This document shows, one piece after another, positions 1-10,090 of a DNA stretch of 64,000 nucleotides. How positions within the stretch are numbered: position 1 is the first letter of the stretch; the number at the start of each line of letters is the position of its first letter. This DNA comes from an uncultured delta proteobacterium. GTDB taxonomy: Bacteria; Desulfobacterota; Binatia; JACPRU01. The stretch is taken from NCBI GenBank assembly GCA_963745025.1, contig CAVUWD010000016.1:416001-480000 (forward strand), written 5' to 3'. The notes under the pieces were generated by a model. It did no database searches. It was not told the origin of the DNA and was given only the letters and a program-made list of their open reading frames with translations. Made by a program: the position numbers and the translations under genes.

Positions 1-161
1 CAATGAACGAGACCGACGTGGAGCGAATAGCCTCCCGTGAGACGGGAACGGAGAACCGGGGAGAAGAGCAACGCACCAGTCGCGAGGAGAATGAGAAAGG
101 TCAGCGCATGCGCCACATGGCTCGTCTTCCAGAGACTCTGCTCTTGCCGACCGTTGGCCAT
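1..161 (-). CDS. Cytochrome b-like membrane protein (FdnI/hydrogenase b-subunit-like), runs off window start
   Basis: Not in the ORF track. ATG at 161 reads MANGRQEQSLWKTSHVAHALTFLILLATGALLFSPVLRSRLTGGYSLHVGLVH: His, TM helix, His pattern of di-heme cytochrome b; downstream of a multiheme cytochrome c gene. Confidence 0.55.
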   Translation of the reverse strand, partial: MANGRQEQSLWKTSHVAHALTFLILLATGALLFSPVLRSRLTGGYSLHVGLVH

Positions 162-325
162 TCACCAATGCTGATGCAGGTTACGGGCCAGGCCCGCTGG
201 GGCGACAAAGGAATGCGGGCGTTGACCGCTCGCCCACGGATCAGCGAGTTTCGTGGCGCGAAAGGAGACAGGTGTCGCCTTCTGTACGGCTCTAGCCTGG
301 CGTACTCGCGACTTCCCTCACACCA

Positions 326-1795
326 TCAGTGATCTGCGGCGGACCTGCTGGGGGACGATTCGGCGGATGTCTTCCAGACGAACATACGTACGCTGTCGAT
401 GTCGTCGTCGCGAAGCGGCAGGGTGCCGGCGTCGATCTTCTTGTGCTCCGCGAGCCATTTCTTCGACCCCTCGAAGTCGAGGCGCGCCGACGCCGCGGTT
501 AGATCGGGCCCCCGTGGAGAGCCGGAGCCGGCGCCTGCGCCGCCGAGCGCATGACAAGGGGCGCAGCGCGAGACGAAAACCGTTTTTCCCTCCTCGACCT
601 TCTGCGGCGTAAAGCTCGAGACGTCGGGGGCCGGCGCCGCCGATCGTCCTCGCTTGGCGAGCTGCACTATGTAGTCTACGAGGATCCGAACCTCGTCGTC
701 GGCGAGGCGCATGTCCGGCATGCGATAGGTGGACGCAGGGTAGATGCTCCCCGGCTCACGCGGATGCCGCAGGAAAGCGTCGAGCCACTCGGAGCGAAGC
801 TTCTGCGCGGAGAGGCGCAAGTCCGGGCCTACCGCGCCTCCCTTGCCGTCGCCGAGAACGTGACAGCCGCGACAGCCGGTGCGCGCGGCGATCTCGAGGG
901 CTGCGCCGGTGCGACCCCCGCGCGGTGGCTTCTGCACACGGGGCTTACGCAGCGACAACATGTAATCGACGAGCGCCCAGCAGTCCGCCGGTTCGATCGC
1001 ACTTGCGTAGGAAGGCATTGGAGAGCCATCCATGCCGGTCAAGATCCGCACGTACAAGTCCAAGCGATCGTCGCCGCCGCGAAAGACGCCGCCCGTGAGA
1101 TCTCGCGGAGGAATCGGCCGGTCGTCGACGTCCTTCAGCGTGGCAGCCGTTGGCCCGTCGCCTTTTCCCTCTCGTCCGTGACAGCTGAAACACTCGGCGT
1201 CGCGGTAGAGCTGCTTGCCGCGAGCGACGCTCTCCGGCGTGAGCGGTGGCGGGCTGGCAGGAAGCGGGATCATTGCGGGCTCGGGCTCGTGGAGCAGGCC
1301 CGCCAATGCCAGCACGCGGGCCGCGATCCGTCGCCGCTCCTCCTCGGCTAGAAAGGCGAACGACGGCATCGCCGTGCCCGGGAAGCCGCGCTCGATCGTG
1401 CGCAAGAGATCTTCGGTCCGCGGCGGCATGCCCGAGTCGGTCGTCCGTACCTTGAAGATCTTCTTCGTGAAATCGCGAGGGCGTGGTTGGAGGAACGCGG
1501 CGGCCGGGCCAGCGCCGTCGCCCCGCTCGCCATGACAGGCGCTGCACTCGCGAACATAGAGTGTCTGACCGGCCTCGGCGTCGGCGTCGCCGAGCGGCCT
1601 GGGCGGAGCGCCATCGGCGAGCGTGCTGGACGCGAAGCTGAGCACACCGAAGAGCGCAGCGACCACCGTTGCCATCAGAGCCTGGCCGGTGGCCGGAACA
1701 CGCCCCTCCTGTTCGAGTCGTACTCGCCGTGATTCAACCGCCATCCTTACCGGCAACCTCATCGTCACGAAGTGCGGCGATCGATCTTCGTCCAC
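326..1795 (-). CDS. Tetraheme c-type cytochrome
   Basis: Four CxxCH motifs (CSACH, CFSCH, CRGCH, CAPCH), PRDFT/MPSF class I cyt c motifs, hydrophobic N-terminal segment; AGAGGA before GTG at 1795 (start could be later). Confidence 0.85.
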   Translation of the reverse strand: MDEDRSPHFVTMRLPVRMAVESRRVRLEQEGRVPATGQALMATVVAALFGVLSFASSTLADGAPPRPLGDADAEAGQTLYVRECSACHGERGDGAGPAAAFLQPRPRDFTKKIFKVRTTDSGMPPRTEDLLRTIERGFPGTAMPSFAFLAEEERRRIAARVLALAGLLHEPEPAMIPLPASPPPLTPESVARGKQLYRDAECFSCHGREGKGDGPTAATLKDVDDRPIPPRDLTGGVFRGGDDRLDLYVRILTGMDGSPMPSYASAIEPADCWALVDYMLSLRKPRVQKPPRGGRTGAALEIAARTGCRGCHVLGDGKGGAVGPDLRLSAQKLRSEWLDAFLRHPREPGSIYPASTYRMPDMRLADDEVRILVDYIVQLAKRGRSAAPAPDVSSFTPQKVEEGKTVFVSRCAPCHALGGAGAGSGSPRGPDLTAASARLDFEGSKKWLAEHKKIDAGTLPLRDDDIDSVRMFVWKTSAESSPSRSAADH

Positions 1796-1980
1796 GGGCT
1801 ATTCCTCTTGGCGTGAATGATCGCGAGCATGTTGCATGCCGTCGACGTTAAGGCCGAGCATGCATTGTTGTTCGAAGCGATCACCCGATGATGCATAAAG
1901 GGGCTGCTGACGCCAACGGCGTCAGATCCGACAGAAATCGACGCGAATTTAATAGGCCATGAGCTCGGCAAAATAATGGC

Positions 1981-2442
1981 ATGCTAGATGCTTTAATGCT
2001 CCCCATGAATTCGCTGGCCAATATGGGGCGATTTACAGCGCGCGAGGTGACGAGCCTCGTACTGACTCGCGATACTACTCTCGTCGAGCTCGTGCGCCGC
2101 ACATGGCCCTTTCCTTGGCTGGTCGAGAATCATGATGACTGGCACCGAATTGGCGAGATCGTGCGAACCCGCCACGTGCGCGTCATCATCATCGATGATG
2201 ATGCGGTACCTGAAGAGAATCGTAGCGAGTTAATCGAGAATATCCACAATTGCTTTTCCGATGTGCTGATCATTTATGTTGCCGGGAAGCACAGCCAGGC
2301 GGTAGAACGTTCGGCAAGAGCGAGTGGTATCCTTTCTTATACATCGAAGCCGGTCGAGGCCGAACGTCTAGAGCACCTGTTGAGGAGCCTGTCCCACCGC
2401 TTGAGCGAGCCCTCAGGCGTTTTCCGCTCGAACACTCGTTAA
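1981..2442 (+). CDS. Receiver-domain-like (response regulator-like) protein
   Basis: VIIIDDD, IIYVAG, ARASG, YTSKP resemble REC beta3-beta5; start uncertain. Confidence 0.55.
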   Translation: MLDALMLPMNSLANMGRFTAREVTSLVLTRDTTLVELVRRTWPFPWLVENHDDWHRIGEIVRTRHVRVIIIDDDAVPEENRSELIENIHNCFSDVLIIYVAGKHSQAVERSARASGILSYTSKPVEAERLEHLLRSLSHRLSEPSGVFRSNTR

Positions 2443-2521
2443 GGTCACCGCATCGGGCTTCTTGACGCGTCCGTTGGAATCATCCAACGCGTCATGTGAT
2501 ACCGAAGGTGACAATCTCCGA

Positions 2522-2539
2522 ATATCGCCTCAGCGATAT
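2522..2539. promoter_or_regulatory. Palindrome upstream of padR-bcr promoter (candidate activator site)
   Basis: Perfect inverted repeat ATATCGC-CTCA-GCGATAT. Confidence 0.35.
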
Positions 2540-2574
2540 CCTTGGAAGAACGAGGCTCGATGAACGAATCAGTC

Positions 2575-2590
2575 TGGCACGTATTTCGCA
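2575..2590 (+). promoter_or_regulatory. Putative sigma54 -24/-12 promoter of padR-bcr operon
   Basis: TGGCAC-GTATT-TCGCA vs consensus TGGCAC-N5-TTGCW; GG and GC correctly spaced; 40 bp before ATG. Confidence 0.6.
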
Positions 2591-2594
2591 TTGA

Positions 2595-2616
2595 GATATG
2601 TCGAGACTGTCATATC
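2595..2616. promoter_or_regulatory. Putative PadR operator
   Basis: GATATGTC-GAGACT-GTCATATC inverted repeat containing ATGT-N8-TCAT, close to the PadR-type ATGT-N8-ACAT, between promoter and padR start. Confidence 0.55.
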
Positions 2617-2629
2617 GAGGACTCGACGT

Positions 2630-3286
2630 ATGTTGCGATTCGCCATCTTGGAGCTTCTCTCCCACAAGCCGCTCAGCGGTTACGAGCTGAAGAAACGCTT
2701 TGGCGGTTCGATCGTATTCTTCTGGCGAGCGGGACACAGCCAGATCTACCCCGAGCTCAAGAGGATGGCGGAGGAAGGGCTGGTCACGCGCAGCGAGATC
2801 GCCCACGAGTGGCGGCCGACCAAGAAAGTCTATGCGCTCACCGAAAAGGGCAAGGCCGAGCTGGTCGCGTGGATCAGACGGAAGGCGAAGATCCAGGCCG
2901 TCAAAGATGAAATGATGCTCAAGTGTTTCGCCTTTCATTTGATCCCCGGGGAAGAGGCGAAGACGCAGATCGAGCACCATCGAGCGCTGCATGAGCGGCG
3001 GCTCGAATTCTACCGCGGCCTGGAACGCCAGCTCGCACGCAAGCACGGAAACCCGCTCGAGACCACCGACCCGATCCTCTTCTGGAACACCCTCACGCTC
3101 CGCCACGCGATCTCCTTCGAGCGCATGTACGTCGAGTGGTGCGACTGGGCATGTGCGGAGCAGGAGGCATTCGAGGCGCGGTGCGGCTCGGCCCGAGTTC
3201 CGGCCGACCGCGCCCTCTTCGGACCGAGTGGCGATGACGGAGGGGGTGTCGTCGCCGAAGAGCCGGTAACGGAGAGCCTGCAATGA
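2630..3286 (+). CDS. PadR-family transcriptional regulator with C-terminal AphA-like domain
   Basis: LRFAILELL...SGYEL...[10 protein letters not shown]...[10 protein letters not shown]; ATGA overlap with next gene. Confidence 0.9.
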   Translation: MLRFAILELLSHKPLSGYELKKRFGGSIVFFWRAGHSQIYPELKRMAEEGLVTRSEIAHEWRPTKKVYALTEKGKAELVAWIRRKAKIQAVKDEMMLKCFAFHLIPGEEAKTQIEHHRALHERRLEFYRGLERQLARKHGNPLETTDPILFWNTLTLRHAISFERMYVEWCDWACAEQEAFEARCGSARVPADRALFGPSGDDGGGVVAEEPVTESLQ

Positions 3287-4452
3287 GTGGACAGACTTTG
3301 GTCCCATGCGGAGCCGAGGCGCTGGAAGACATCCTCACGCGCTGTCGCGACCTCGTCGAGGATACCCGCTACCCGTCGGTCCAGCGCTGGCGTGAGGCGG
3401 GCGGCAAGGTGCTCGGGCACTTTCAAGTCTATTTTCCGGAGGAGATCGCCCACGCCGCGGGCCTTCTCCCCGTGAAGGTGCGTGGCGGACAGCTCGACGT
3501 GAAGTACGCCGATTCGCACTTCGGTTCCTACCTCTGCTCGATCCTGCGGAGCTCTCTGGAGCTGGCCCTCAGCGGTTGCCTTCCGCTGGACCTGTTCGTG
3601 ACGCATCCCATCTGCGACGCCGCGCGCAACCTGGCGGGAATCTGGGCGCGCAACTTCTCCTACCCGTCACGGATCTTATACCTGCCGCAGAACGCCAACT
3701 CTCGATACGCCGGAGCCTACCTGCGCGACGAGTACCGGCGCCTCGGCGCCGAGATCGAGCAGGTGGCCGGCAGGCGGATCGCAGAGGACGACTTGCGCCG
3801 CTCGATCGCCATCTTCAACGGCAACCGACGGCTGTTGCGGGAGCTTTACGAGATCAAGCGCGAAACGCCGTGGCTGGTTTCGGTCGAGGAAGCGTACGTG
3901 CTGCTCGCCGTCGGCGGAATCATCCCGCGCGAAGACCACAACGCACTGCTGTCGAGCGCGATAGCGGGCATCCGAGCAAGATCGGCGCGCAAGCAGGACA
4001 AGATCCGCGTGGTCATCGAGGGCGGATTCTGCGAGCAGCCGCCGCTCGAGATGCTGCGCATCATCACCCAGTCCTGCTACGTGGTCGACGATGACCTGCT
4101 GATCGGTTTGCGTTGGATCGAAGACGACGTGAGCGTCGAAGGGGATCCGTGGGGCAGCCTCGCCGAGGCGTATCTGGAGCGATCGTCCTACAGTCCGGTG
4201 CAGCACGATCTGCGCAAGCCGAAGGAGCGGATGCTGCTCGAGCGCATCCGCAAGTCCGGGGCGGAAGCGGCGATCATCGCCTCCGCCAAGATGTGCGAGC
4301 CCGGTCTCGACGAGCAGGTCGCGTATGCGAAGTCTCTGGAAGAGGTCGGCATTCCCTACTTCGTCAGCGAGTTCGAGGAGAAGACGACGAGCTTCGATCA
4401 GCTGCAAATGCAGCTCGAGACGTTCGTCGAGAACGTGCTGTTCGATTCGTGA
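3283..4452 (+). CDS. bcrC: Benzoyl-CoA reductase subunit C-like (2-hydroxyacyl-CoA dehydratase family)
   Basis: [45 protein letters not shown] resemble Thauera-type BcrC; 389 aa. Confidence 0.8.
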   Translation: MSGQTLVPCGAEALEDILTRCRDLVEDTRYPSVQRWREAGGKVLGHFQVYFPEEIAHAAGLLPVKVRGGQLDVKYADSHFGSYLCSILRSSLELALSGCLPLDLFVTHPICDAARNLAGIWARNFSYPSRILYLPQNANSRYAGAYLRDEYRRLGAEIEQVAGRRIAEDDLRRSIAIFNGNRRLLRELYEIKRETPWLVSVEEAYVLLAVGGIIPREDHNALLSSAIAGIRARSARKQDKIRVVIEGGFCEQPPLEMLRIITQSCYVVDDDLLIGLRWIEDDVSVEGDPWGSLAEAYLERSSYSPVQHDLRKPKERMLLERIRKSGAEAAIIASAKMCEPGLDEQVAYAKSLEEVGIPYFVSEFEEKTTSFDQLQMQLETFVENVLFDS

Positions 4453-4501
4453 TGCGAGCGTCGGGATGAGGGGAACCGATTCACACGAGGAAGGATCGCC
4501 C

Positions 4502-5819
4502 ATGATGACTGCGCCGAGCGCGAGAGGTGGCTCAGAAACCGTCGGGCGCGGGGCGCGCGAGGGCGGACGGCTGTTTCGCGAGTGGTACGGCAATCTGAAC
4601 TCCGCGACGGAGCGAAACGAGCCGGCTGCCTACGTCTTCGTCATGGGAAGCATGGCGGAGATCCTGCGGGTCTTCGATCTTCACACGGTCTTTCCCGAGA
4701 TCAATTCGCTGCAGACCGCGGTGCGTGGCGTGGCGCAGGAGTACCTGAACCAGGCCGAAGAGTACGGCTACTCACCCGACATCTGCGGCTACGTGAAGGC
4801 GGACGTCGCCGTCCAGCTCCGGCAGGGAGAGCACCCGATGGGGCGGATCCCCAAGCCGGCGATCGCGGTGGTGACCAATGCCTGCAACACCTACATCAAA
4901 TGGGCGGAGATCTGGGAACGTCTCTATCACATTCCCGTGTTCACGCTGGATGTGCCGGGCTCGCGCAGCGCCGACGACCGCCGCCGACCGGGAGACGCGG
5001 ACTTCGAGCAAGACCGCCGTTACGTCGAGCACCAGATACGGGAGCTGATCGAGCTTTGTGAGCAGGTGACCGGGAAGAAATTCGACGTCGACCGGCTGCG
5101 CGAGGTGCTGCGCCACACGAACGAGATGAGCCGCGCGTGGAAGCGCGTGCTCGAGCTCAACCGGAGCGTCCCGGCCGTCTTCAACGCGTTGACCGAAGGC
5201 ACCGTCTATCTCGGCGTAGCCAATGCGCTGCGCGGCACGCCGCAGGGAGCGGCGTACTTCCGGGATCTGGTGGAGGAGCTCGAGTACAAGGCCGCAGAGG
5301 GGATCGGAACCCTGCCGGAGGAGAAGTGGCGCCTCACGTTCGTCGGCGTGCCCTGCTACCCGATCTTCCGCCGCTTCTACGAGCTCTTCTCCGAGTGGGG
5401 CGGCGTGTTCGTCAACTCCACCTACCTGTCGTTCGCGGCCGGCGGACTGAACGCGGGCGGCGAGTACGACCTGGACCGACCGGTCGAGAGTCTCGCCGAA
5501 GGCGTCTTGATGAGCCTGCGCGCGAGCATGGACAGCATGTTCTTCCAGGATCGGGCGCTGGTCGAGATGGTCGACGCCTTCCGCGTCGATGGCGATCGTC
5601 TATCATCCGATCAAGAGCTGTCGAACCGTGTCCACGGGTTTGGCCGACAACCGGCGGGCCGTGATGGAGAAGCGGGACGTCCCTTGCCTGTTCATCGAAT
5701 CGGACCTGATGGACAAGCGCGTCGTCTCCGAGGCGCAGCTGAAGAACCGGATCGACGCTTTCTTCGAGGGACTGGCGTCGAGAAAGCTCCGGGCGGCCGG
5801 CGAGAGCTCCCAACACTGA
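4502..5819 (+). CDS. bcrB: Benzoyl-CoA reductase subunit B-like, +1 frameshift near 5590
   Basis: [28 protein letters not shown] in one frame; C-terminus [13 protein letters not shown]...[24 protein letters not shown] in the shifted frame ending 5819. Confidence 0.8.
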
Positions 5820-5832
5820 GCGAGGTGCACCC

Positions 5833-6672
5833 ATGGCGTATGCGGCAGGAGTCGACGTCGGATCCACCCAGACCAAGGCGGTGGTGGTCGATGAGGAGGG
5901 GCGAATCGTCGGACGAGCGCTGCTCGAGACCGGCGCCAACGTGGTGACCGTCGCCGAGAAGGCATTCCGAGTGGCGCTCGGCGACGGCGGAATCGAGGAG
6001 CAGGAAGTCCCGTTCGTCGTCGGGACGGGATACGGCCGCTACAAGGTGACGTTCGGCAACGCGCAGGTCACCGAGATCAGCTGCCATGCGCGCGGCGCCG
6101 CCCGCATGTTCCCCTCCACGCGCACCGTTCTCGACATGGGCGGTCAAGACACCAAGGCGATTCGCGTGCACCCCGGCGGTCAGGTGCTCGACTTCTGCAT
6201 GAACGACAAATGCGCCGCGGGGACCGGCCGGTTTCTGCAGGCGGCCTCCTTCGCGCTGGAGATTCCACTCGACGAGCTCGGCCCGAGGGCTCTGGCCGCC
6301 GAGCGGCCCGTCAAGATCACCACGACGTGCACCGTATTCGCCGAGTCCGAGGTGCTGTCGTGGCTCGCGCGCGGGAAGAAGGTCGAGGACATTCTCATGG
6401 GGGTGCATCGATCGATCGCCACGCGCTCGCTGGCGCTCCTGCGTCGCGTCGGCGTCGAGTCCGAGGTCACGTTCACGGGCGGGGTCAGCCGCAACCAGGG
6501 GATGGTCGCGGTCTTGAACGAGGAGCTCGGTCTCAAGATGAACGTAAGCGAGGAGTCTCACTTCATGGGAGCCCTCGGTGCAGCTCTCTTCGCGCTGGAT
6601 CAGATTCGCGCCAGCCGCTCGCCGCACCCGCGCCCCGCCGGGCCGGCGAAGGAAGGAGTGCAAGCGTCGTGA
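5833..6672 (+). CDS. ATP-dependent activase subunit of benzoyl-CoA reductase (BcrA/D, ASKHA family)
   Basis: [53 protein letters not shown]. Confidence 0.9.
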   Translation: MAYAAGVDVGSTQTKAVVVDEEGRIVGRALLETGANVVTVAEKAFRVALGDGGIEEQEVPFVVGTGYGRYKVTFGNAQVTEISCHARGAARMFPSTRTVLDMGGQDTKAIRVHPGGQVLDFCMNDKCAAGTGRFLQAASFALEIPLDELGPRALAAERPVKITTTCTVFAESEVLSWLARGKKVEDILMGVHRSIATRSLALLRRVGVESEVTFTGGVSRNQGMVAVLNEELGLKMNVSEESHFMGALGAALFALDQIRASRSPHPRPAGPAKEGVQAS

Positions 6673-7511
6673 CCTTCACGCTCGGCATCGATCTGGGATC
6701 GACGTACACCAAGGCCGCCATCGTCACGGATGGCGGCGATCTCGTCGGCAGGGCCATCGTGGGCACCGGCTTCCGTCTGACGGAAGCGGCTACGCGCGCC
6801 GAGCGCGAAGCGCTCGCGCAGGCGGGCCTGGAAGAGCGCGATGTCGCCTATGTCGTCAGCACCGGGTACGGGCGTTATCAGGTGCCGTTTCGCGATGTGC
6901 AGGTGACGGATCTCACCGCCCAGGCGACCGGTGCGCTCCGGCTCTTTCCGAACACCCGGACTGTCCTCGACATGGGAGGCCAGACGATGAAGGCGACCCG
7001 GCTCGACGAGCGCGGTAGGGTCAAGTCGTTTCGCCTGAACGACAAGTGTGCCGCCGGGACTGGCGCCTTCCTTGAAAAGACGGCGCGCTACCTCGGCTAC
7101 AAGATCGACGAGGTCGGGCCGCTGCTCGTCACGTCCAAAGAGCCGGTGCCGATCTCCGGCGTGTGCGCCGTCTTCGCCGAATCGGAAGTGATCAATCATG
7201 TGTCATCCGGCTGCGCCCCCGCCGACATCGTTCACGGCGCGATCGTCTCGCTCGCCGACCGGTCGGTACAGCTGATGAAGCGCGCCGGCCTCGATCCGGA
7301 GTTCACGCTCGTCGGAGGCATCGCCCGCTTCGAGACGATGGCGCGAGTTCTGGCCGAGCGATTGAAGGCGCCGGTCAACGTGCCGCCGGGCGACCTGGCT
7401 CAATGCACGGCGGCGATTGGCGCCGCTCTCCTCGGCCATCGGCGCTTGCGTAAGCTGCGCGAGGAGGGGCGGCTGAACGAACGTCTCGACTCGCGGCTGG
7501 CGGCGAGCTGA
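6669..7511 (+). CDS. Second ATP-dependent activase subunit (BcrA/D family)
   Basis: GTG overlaps upstream stop; [39 protein letters not shown]. Confidence 0.88.
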   Translation: MTFTLGIDLGSTYTKAAIVTDGGDLVGRAIVGTGFRLTEAATRAEREALAQAGLEERDVAYVVSTGYGRYQVPFRDVQVTDLTAQATGALRLFPNTRTVLDMGGQTMKATRLDERGRVKSFRLNDKCAAGTGAFLEKTARYLGYKIDEVGPLLVTSKEPVPISGVCAVFAESEVINHVSSGCAPADIVHGAIVSLADRSVQLMKRAGLDPEFTLVGGIARFETMARVLAERLKAPVNVPPGDLAQCTAAIGAALLGHRRLRKLREEGRLNERLDSRLAAS

Positions 7512-7657
7512 TCGAGGCTTTTCTCGCGCGTCGCCCAGCCGTCTGGCGGGATGCGTGATCCCGGAGCGCCGCATCGAGCGCGACCGACGCAGGCGTTGCG
7601 TATCGCGCGAGCGCAGCGCGACATCGCCGGCGCGGGCGAGCCGAGGGCTCGCGATCG

Positions 7658-9880
7658 CTAGCCGCCCGACATCGCCATCACGACCTCGACTCGGTCGCCG
7701 CTCTGCAGCGGATGGTCCTCGGCGCCGTGCAGGAGCACCTCGCCGTTGACGGCGAAGTTGAAGGCATCGCTCGCCAGCAGCGCGCCGAGACCTGGGACCT
7801 GGTGGTCGAGGGCCGCGCGGAGCTCGCGGATCGACGCCACCGGCTCGGTGACGACGAGACCGTCTCCGGGGAGCGTCGTCACCTGTTTCGGGATCCGCAC
7901 GGTGACGGCGAAGCCTGCCGCCACGGCCGCGAGCCGGGTCCGGAAGTCGAGCGCCGGCTGCCCCTCGTCGTCGAGACCGGAGAGCGCGTAGAACTCCGCC
8001 AGCATCCGGTCGAACTCGTCGCGACCGATCTTCTCTCCGCGGTAGGCCCCCCACTCGAGCTCCTCCTCGAACCAGCGTCGCGGCAGGGTGTCGTCCTTCC
8101 GCCGCACGCCGAGCGCGTAGTTGATCATGCGCTCGAGTCCGGTGATGTTGAGCCCGATTGCGCGCAGATCGGCGGGCGAAAGCGCGATGCCGGTCACGTT
8201 CTCGATCTGCTTCGAGAACTGCTCGAGGCCGGGAAGGGAAGGGCTGTTGAACAGCTTGGTCGTGAAGCGGCACATGCCGACCGCATCGCCCACCGCGAAG
8301 GTGTCTTCGCAGGCGCGGACGGCGATCGCCTTGCCGTCGTAGGCATTCGGCTTCGCGGACACCGCGCCGCCGTAGAGGTCTCGCTTGAACGACGGGTCGT
8401 CGTTGATCTTGGCGTTGATCTCGAGCGTGACGCGGTTCCGCAGGTGATCCATGCCGCGCGTCGCGACCGCGAGGCCGAGGGCGAAGGCCTTGATGATGCG
8501 CGCGTCGTGCGGGTCGCTCTGCATCAGCCCCTTGACCGCCATCCGATAGTCGAGCGCTTCGGGCGGATACTTGCCCGCGTCCACCGCCCGGCCGCTCCAG
8601 GCGATAATGTCGCCGAATCCCGCACGGCTCGCGGTCGCGAAGAAGAGATTCTCGATCGCCTCGTAGTTCCCCCAGGTGAGGTCGAGACCGCCGGTATCCT
8701 TCTTCGTGAGCATGCCACGCTGGTAGAGCTCCATCGCCCAGGCGATCGCCGAGCCGAGCGAGGCGGTGTCGAGCCCGAGATCGTTGGCGATGTTGTTCAA
8801 GCGAATGACCTGCGCGACGTCGGAGACGCCGATGTTCGGTCCGAACTTGCCGACCGTCACGTAGTCGGGGCCGTCGCCTGCGTCGTAGCGGTCTCCCTTG
8901 CCGCGGCCGCCGCGGGCGAGGTCGTTCGTCGGCCGGCAGTTGACCGGGCAACGGAAGCAGCCGGCCATCGACGGGCGAAAGGGGTCGATGTTCTCGGCGT
9001 CGAGCGCCTCGGTCCAGGTCGTCTGCTGGTTGTTGAGCGCGCCGATCGCGCCGAGCAGGCGCGAGGGCTTGTAGAGGAAAGGCGTCCCGCGGATCTTGAG
9101 GGCGTGCTGGACGACGGTGGTCCCGAGCAGCTGACGAGCGATCTCTCGGTTCGTTGGCTTGACGCGAGCCGCGTGCGCGCCGGTCGCGCGCCCGGGATCG
9201 AAGCCGCGGACGACGATCGCCTTCAGACGGTGTGCGCCCATCTTGGCGCCCGTCCCGCCGCGCGCGTAGATCGCCTTGGGTCCTGCCATGATTCCGGCGC
9301 AGAGAGCGCCGTTCTCGCCCGCCCGCGTGATCGACGCCATCGCCAGGTTGCGCGCCCACTCGGCGCCGAGCTCGGCCGCGACCCGCTCGCGGAGCTCGAT
9401 GTTGTCGAGGCCTTGCCAATGGCGCGCATCGCGGATCTCGACGCAATCCCCCTCGATGTAGAGATAGACCCAGTCCTGCGCCCGCCCGGTGATGACCAGC
9501 CGGTCGTAGCCCGAGAGCTTGAGGAAGGAGGGAAAGTAGTCGCCGGCGTTCGAGTCCATGAGAACGTGGGTCTCCGGAGACCAGCTGGTGACGTTGCCGC
9601 GCGCGGCCGAGGGGACGATACCGGTGAGGATTCCGCAGCCGAAGATGAGTGGAACCGAGGGGGAGAGGGGCCCCCCGGGGGTTGTCGGGTCGAGGAGATT
9701 GTAGAGGTAAAACATGTTCGCGCCGCGCCCCTCGAGGAAGGTCTCGACCACTTGCCGCGGCGTGTAGGCGCGCCGGAGATCGCGCCGCTCGAGGTCGACG
9801 AAGAGCGTGGCGCCCTGCGTCGGGTACTGCGGCTCGCGAGCGAGGCGAGGGAGCAAGTGATCGACCGCCGCGTGTGTCAC
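7658..9880 (-). CDS. Aldehyde:ferredoxin oxidoreductase (W/Mo-pterin AOR family) with C-terminal MoaD/ThiS-like domain
   Basis: ARGGTGAKMG..LKAI, GCFRCPVNC, NDLGLDT, RGMDHL, GMCRF, DDTLPRR; last ~85 aa end FAVNGE...LQSGDRVEVVMAMSGG. Confidence 0.88.
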   Translation of the reverse strand: MTHAAVDHLLPRLAREPQYPTQGATLFVDLERRDLRRAYTPRQVVETFLEGRGANMFYLYNLLDPTTPGGPLSPSVPLIFGCGILTGIVPSAARGNVTSWSPETHVLMDSNAGDYFPSFLKLSGYDRLVITGRAQDWVYLYIEGDCVEIRDARHWQGLDNIELRERVAAELGAEWARNLAMASITRAGENGALCAGIMAGPKAIYARGGTGAKMGAHRLKAIVVRGFDPGRATGAHAARVKPTNREIARQLLGTTVVQHALKIRGTPFLYKPSRLLGAIGALNNQQTTWTEALDAENIDPFRPSMAGCFRCPVNCRPTNDLARGGRGKGDRYDAGDGPDYVTVGKFGPNIGVSDVAQVIRLNNIANDLGLDTASLGSAIAWAMELYQRGMLTKKDTGGLDLTWGNYEAIENLFFATASRAGFGDIIAWSGRAVDAGKYPPEALDYRMAVKGLMQSDPHDARIIKAFALGLAVATRGMDHLRNRVTLEINAKINDDPSFKRDLYGGAVSAKPNAYDGKAIAVRACEDTFAVGDAVGMCRFTTKLFNSPSLPGLEQFSKQIENVTGIALSPADLRAIGLNITGLERMINYALGVRRKDDTLPRRWFEEELEWGAYRGEKIGRDEFDRMLAEFYALSGLDDEGQPALDFRTRLAAVAAGFAVTVRIPKQVTTLPGDGLVVTEPVASIRELRAALDHQVPGLGALLASDAFNFAVNGEVLLHGAEDHPLQSGDRVEVVMAMSGG

Positions 9881-10090
9881 GCACCCTCCTCGCTCAGGGC
9901 CATGTGGTCGGTCCGCCCCTCCCAGTCGTCGCCGAGGATCGTCACCGGCAGATACTCCAGCGATGTCAAGCGCACCGCGTCTCCGAAAGGATAACCCCGG
10001 GCGCGATTCGAAGCCAGGAGCCGCAAGAGCGCAACTCCATAACGGCCGACGGCGAAGAGTCCCGCGGGTCCGGCATCGGCGATGCCCGGC

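Noticed and set aside
7203-9994. Long ORFs of 893 aa and 760 aa overlapping AOR, and similar ones over nosZ, ABC-F and the cyclase genes
   Set aside because: Shadow frames typical of high-GC DNA; Arg/Pro-rich or antisense, with no motifs.
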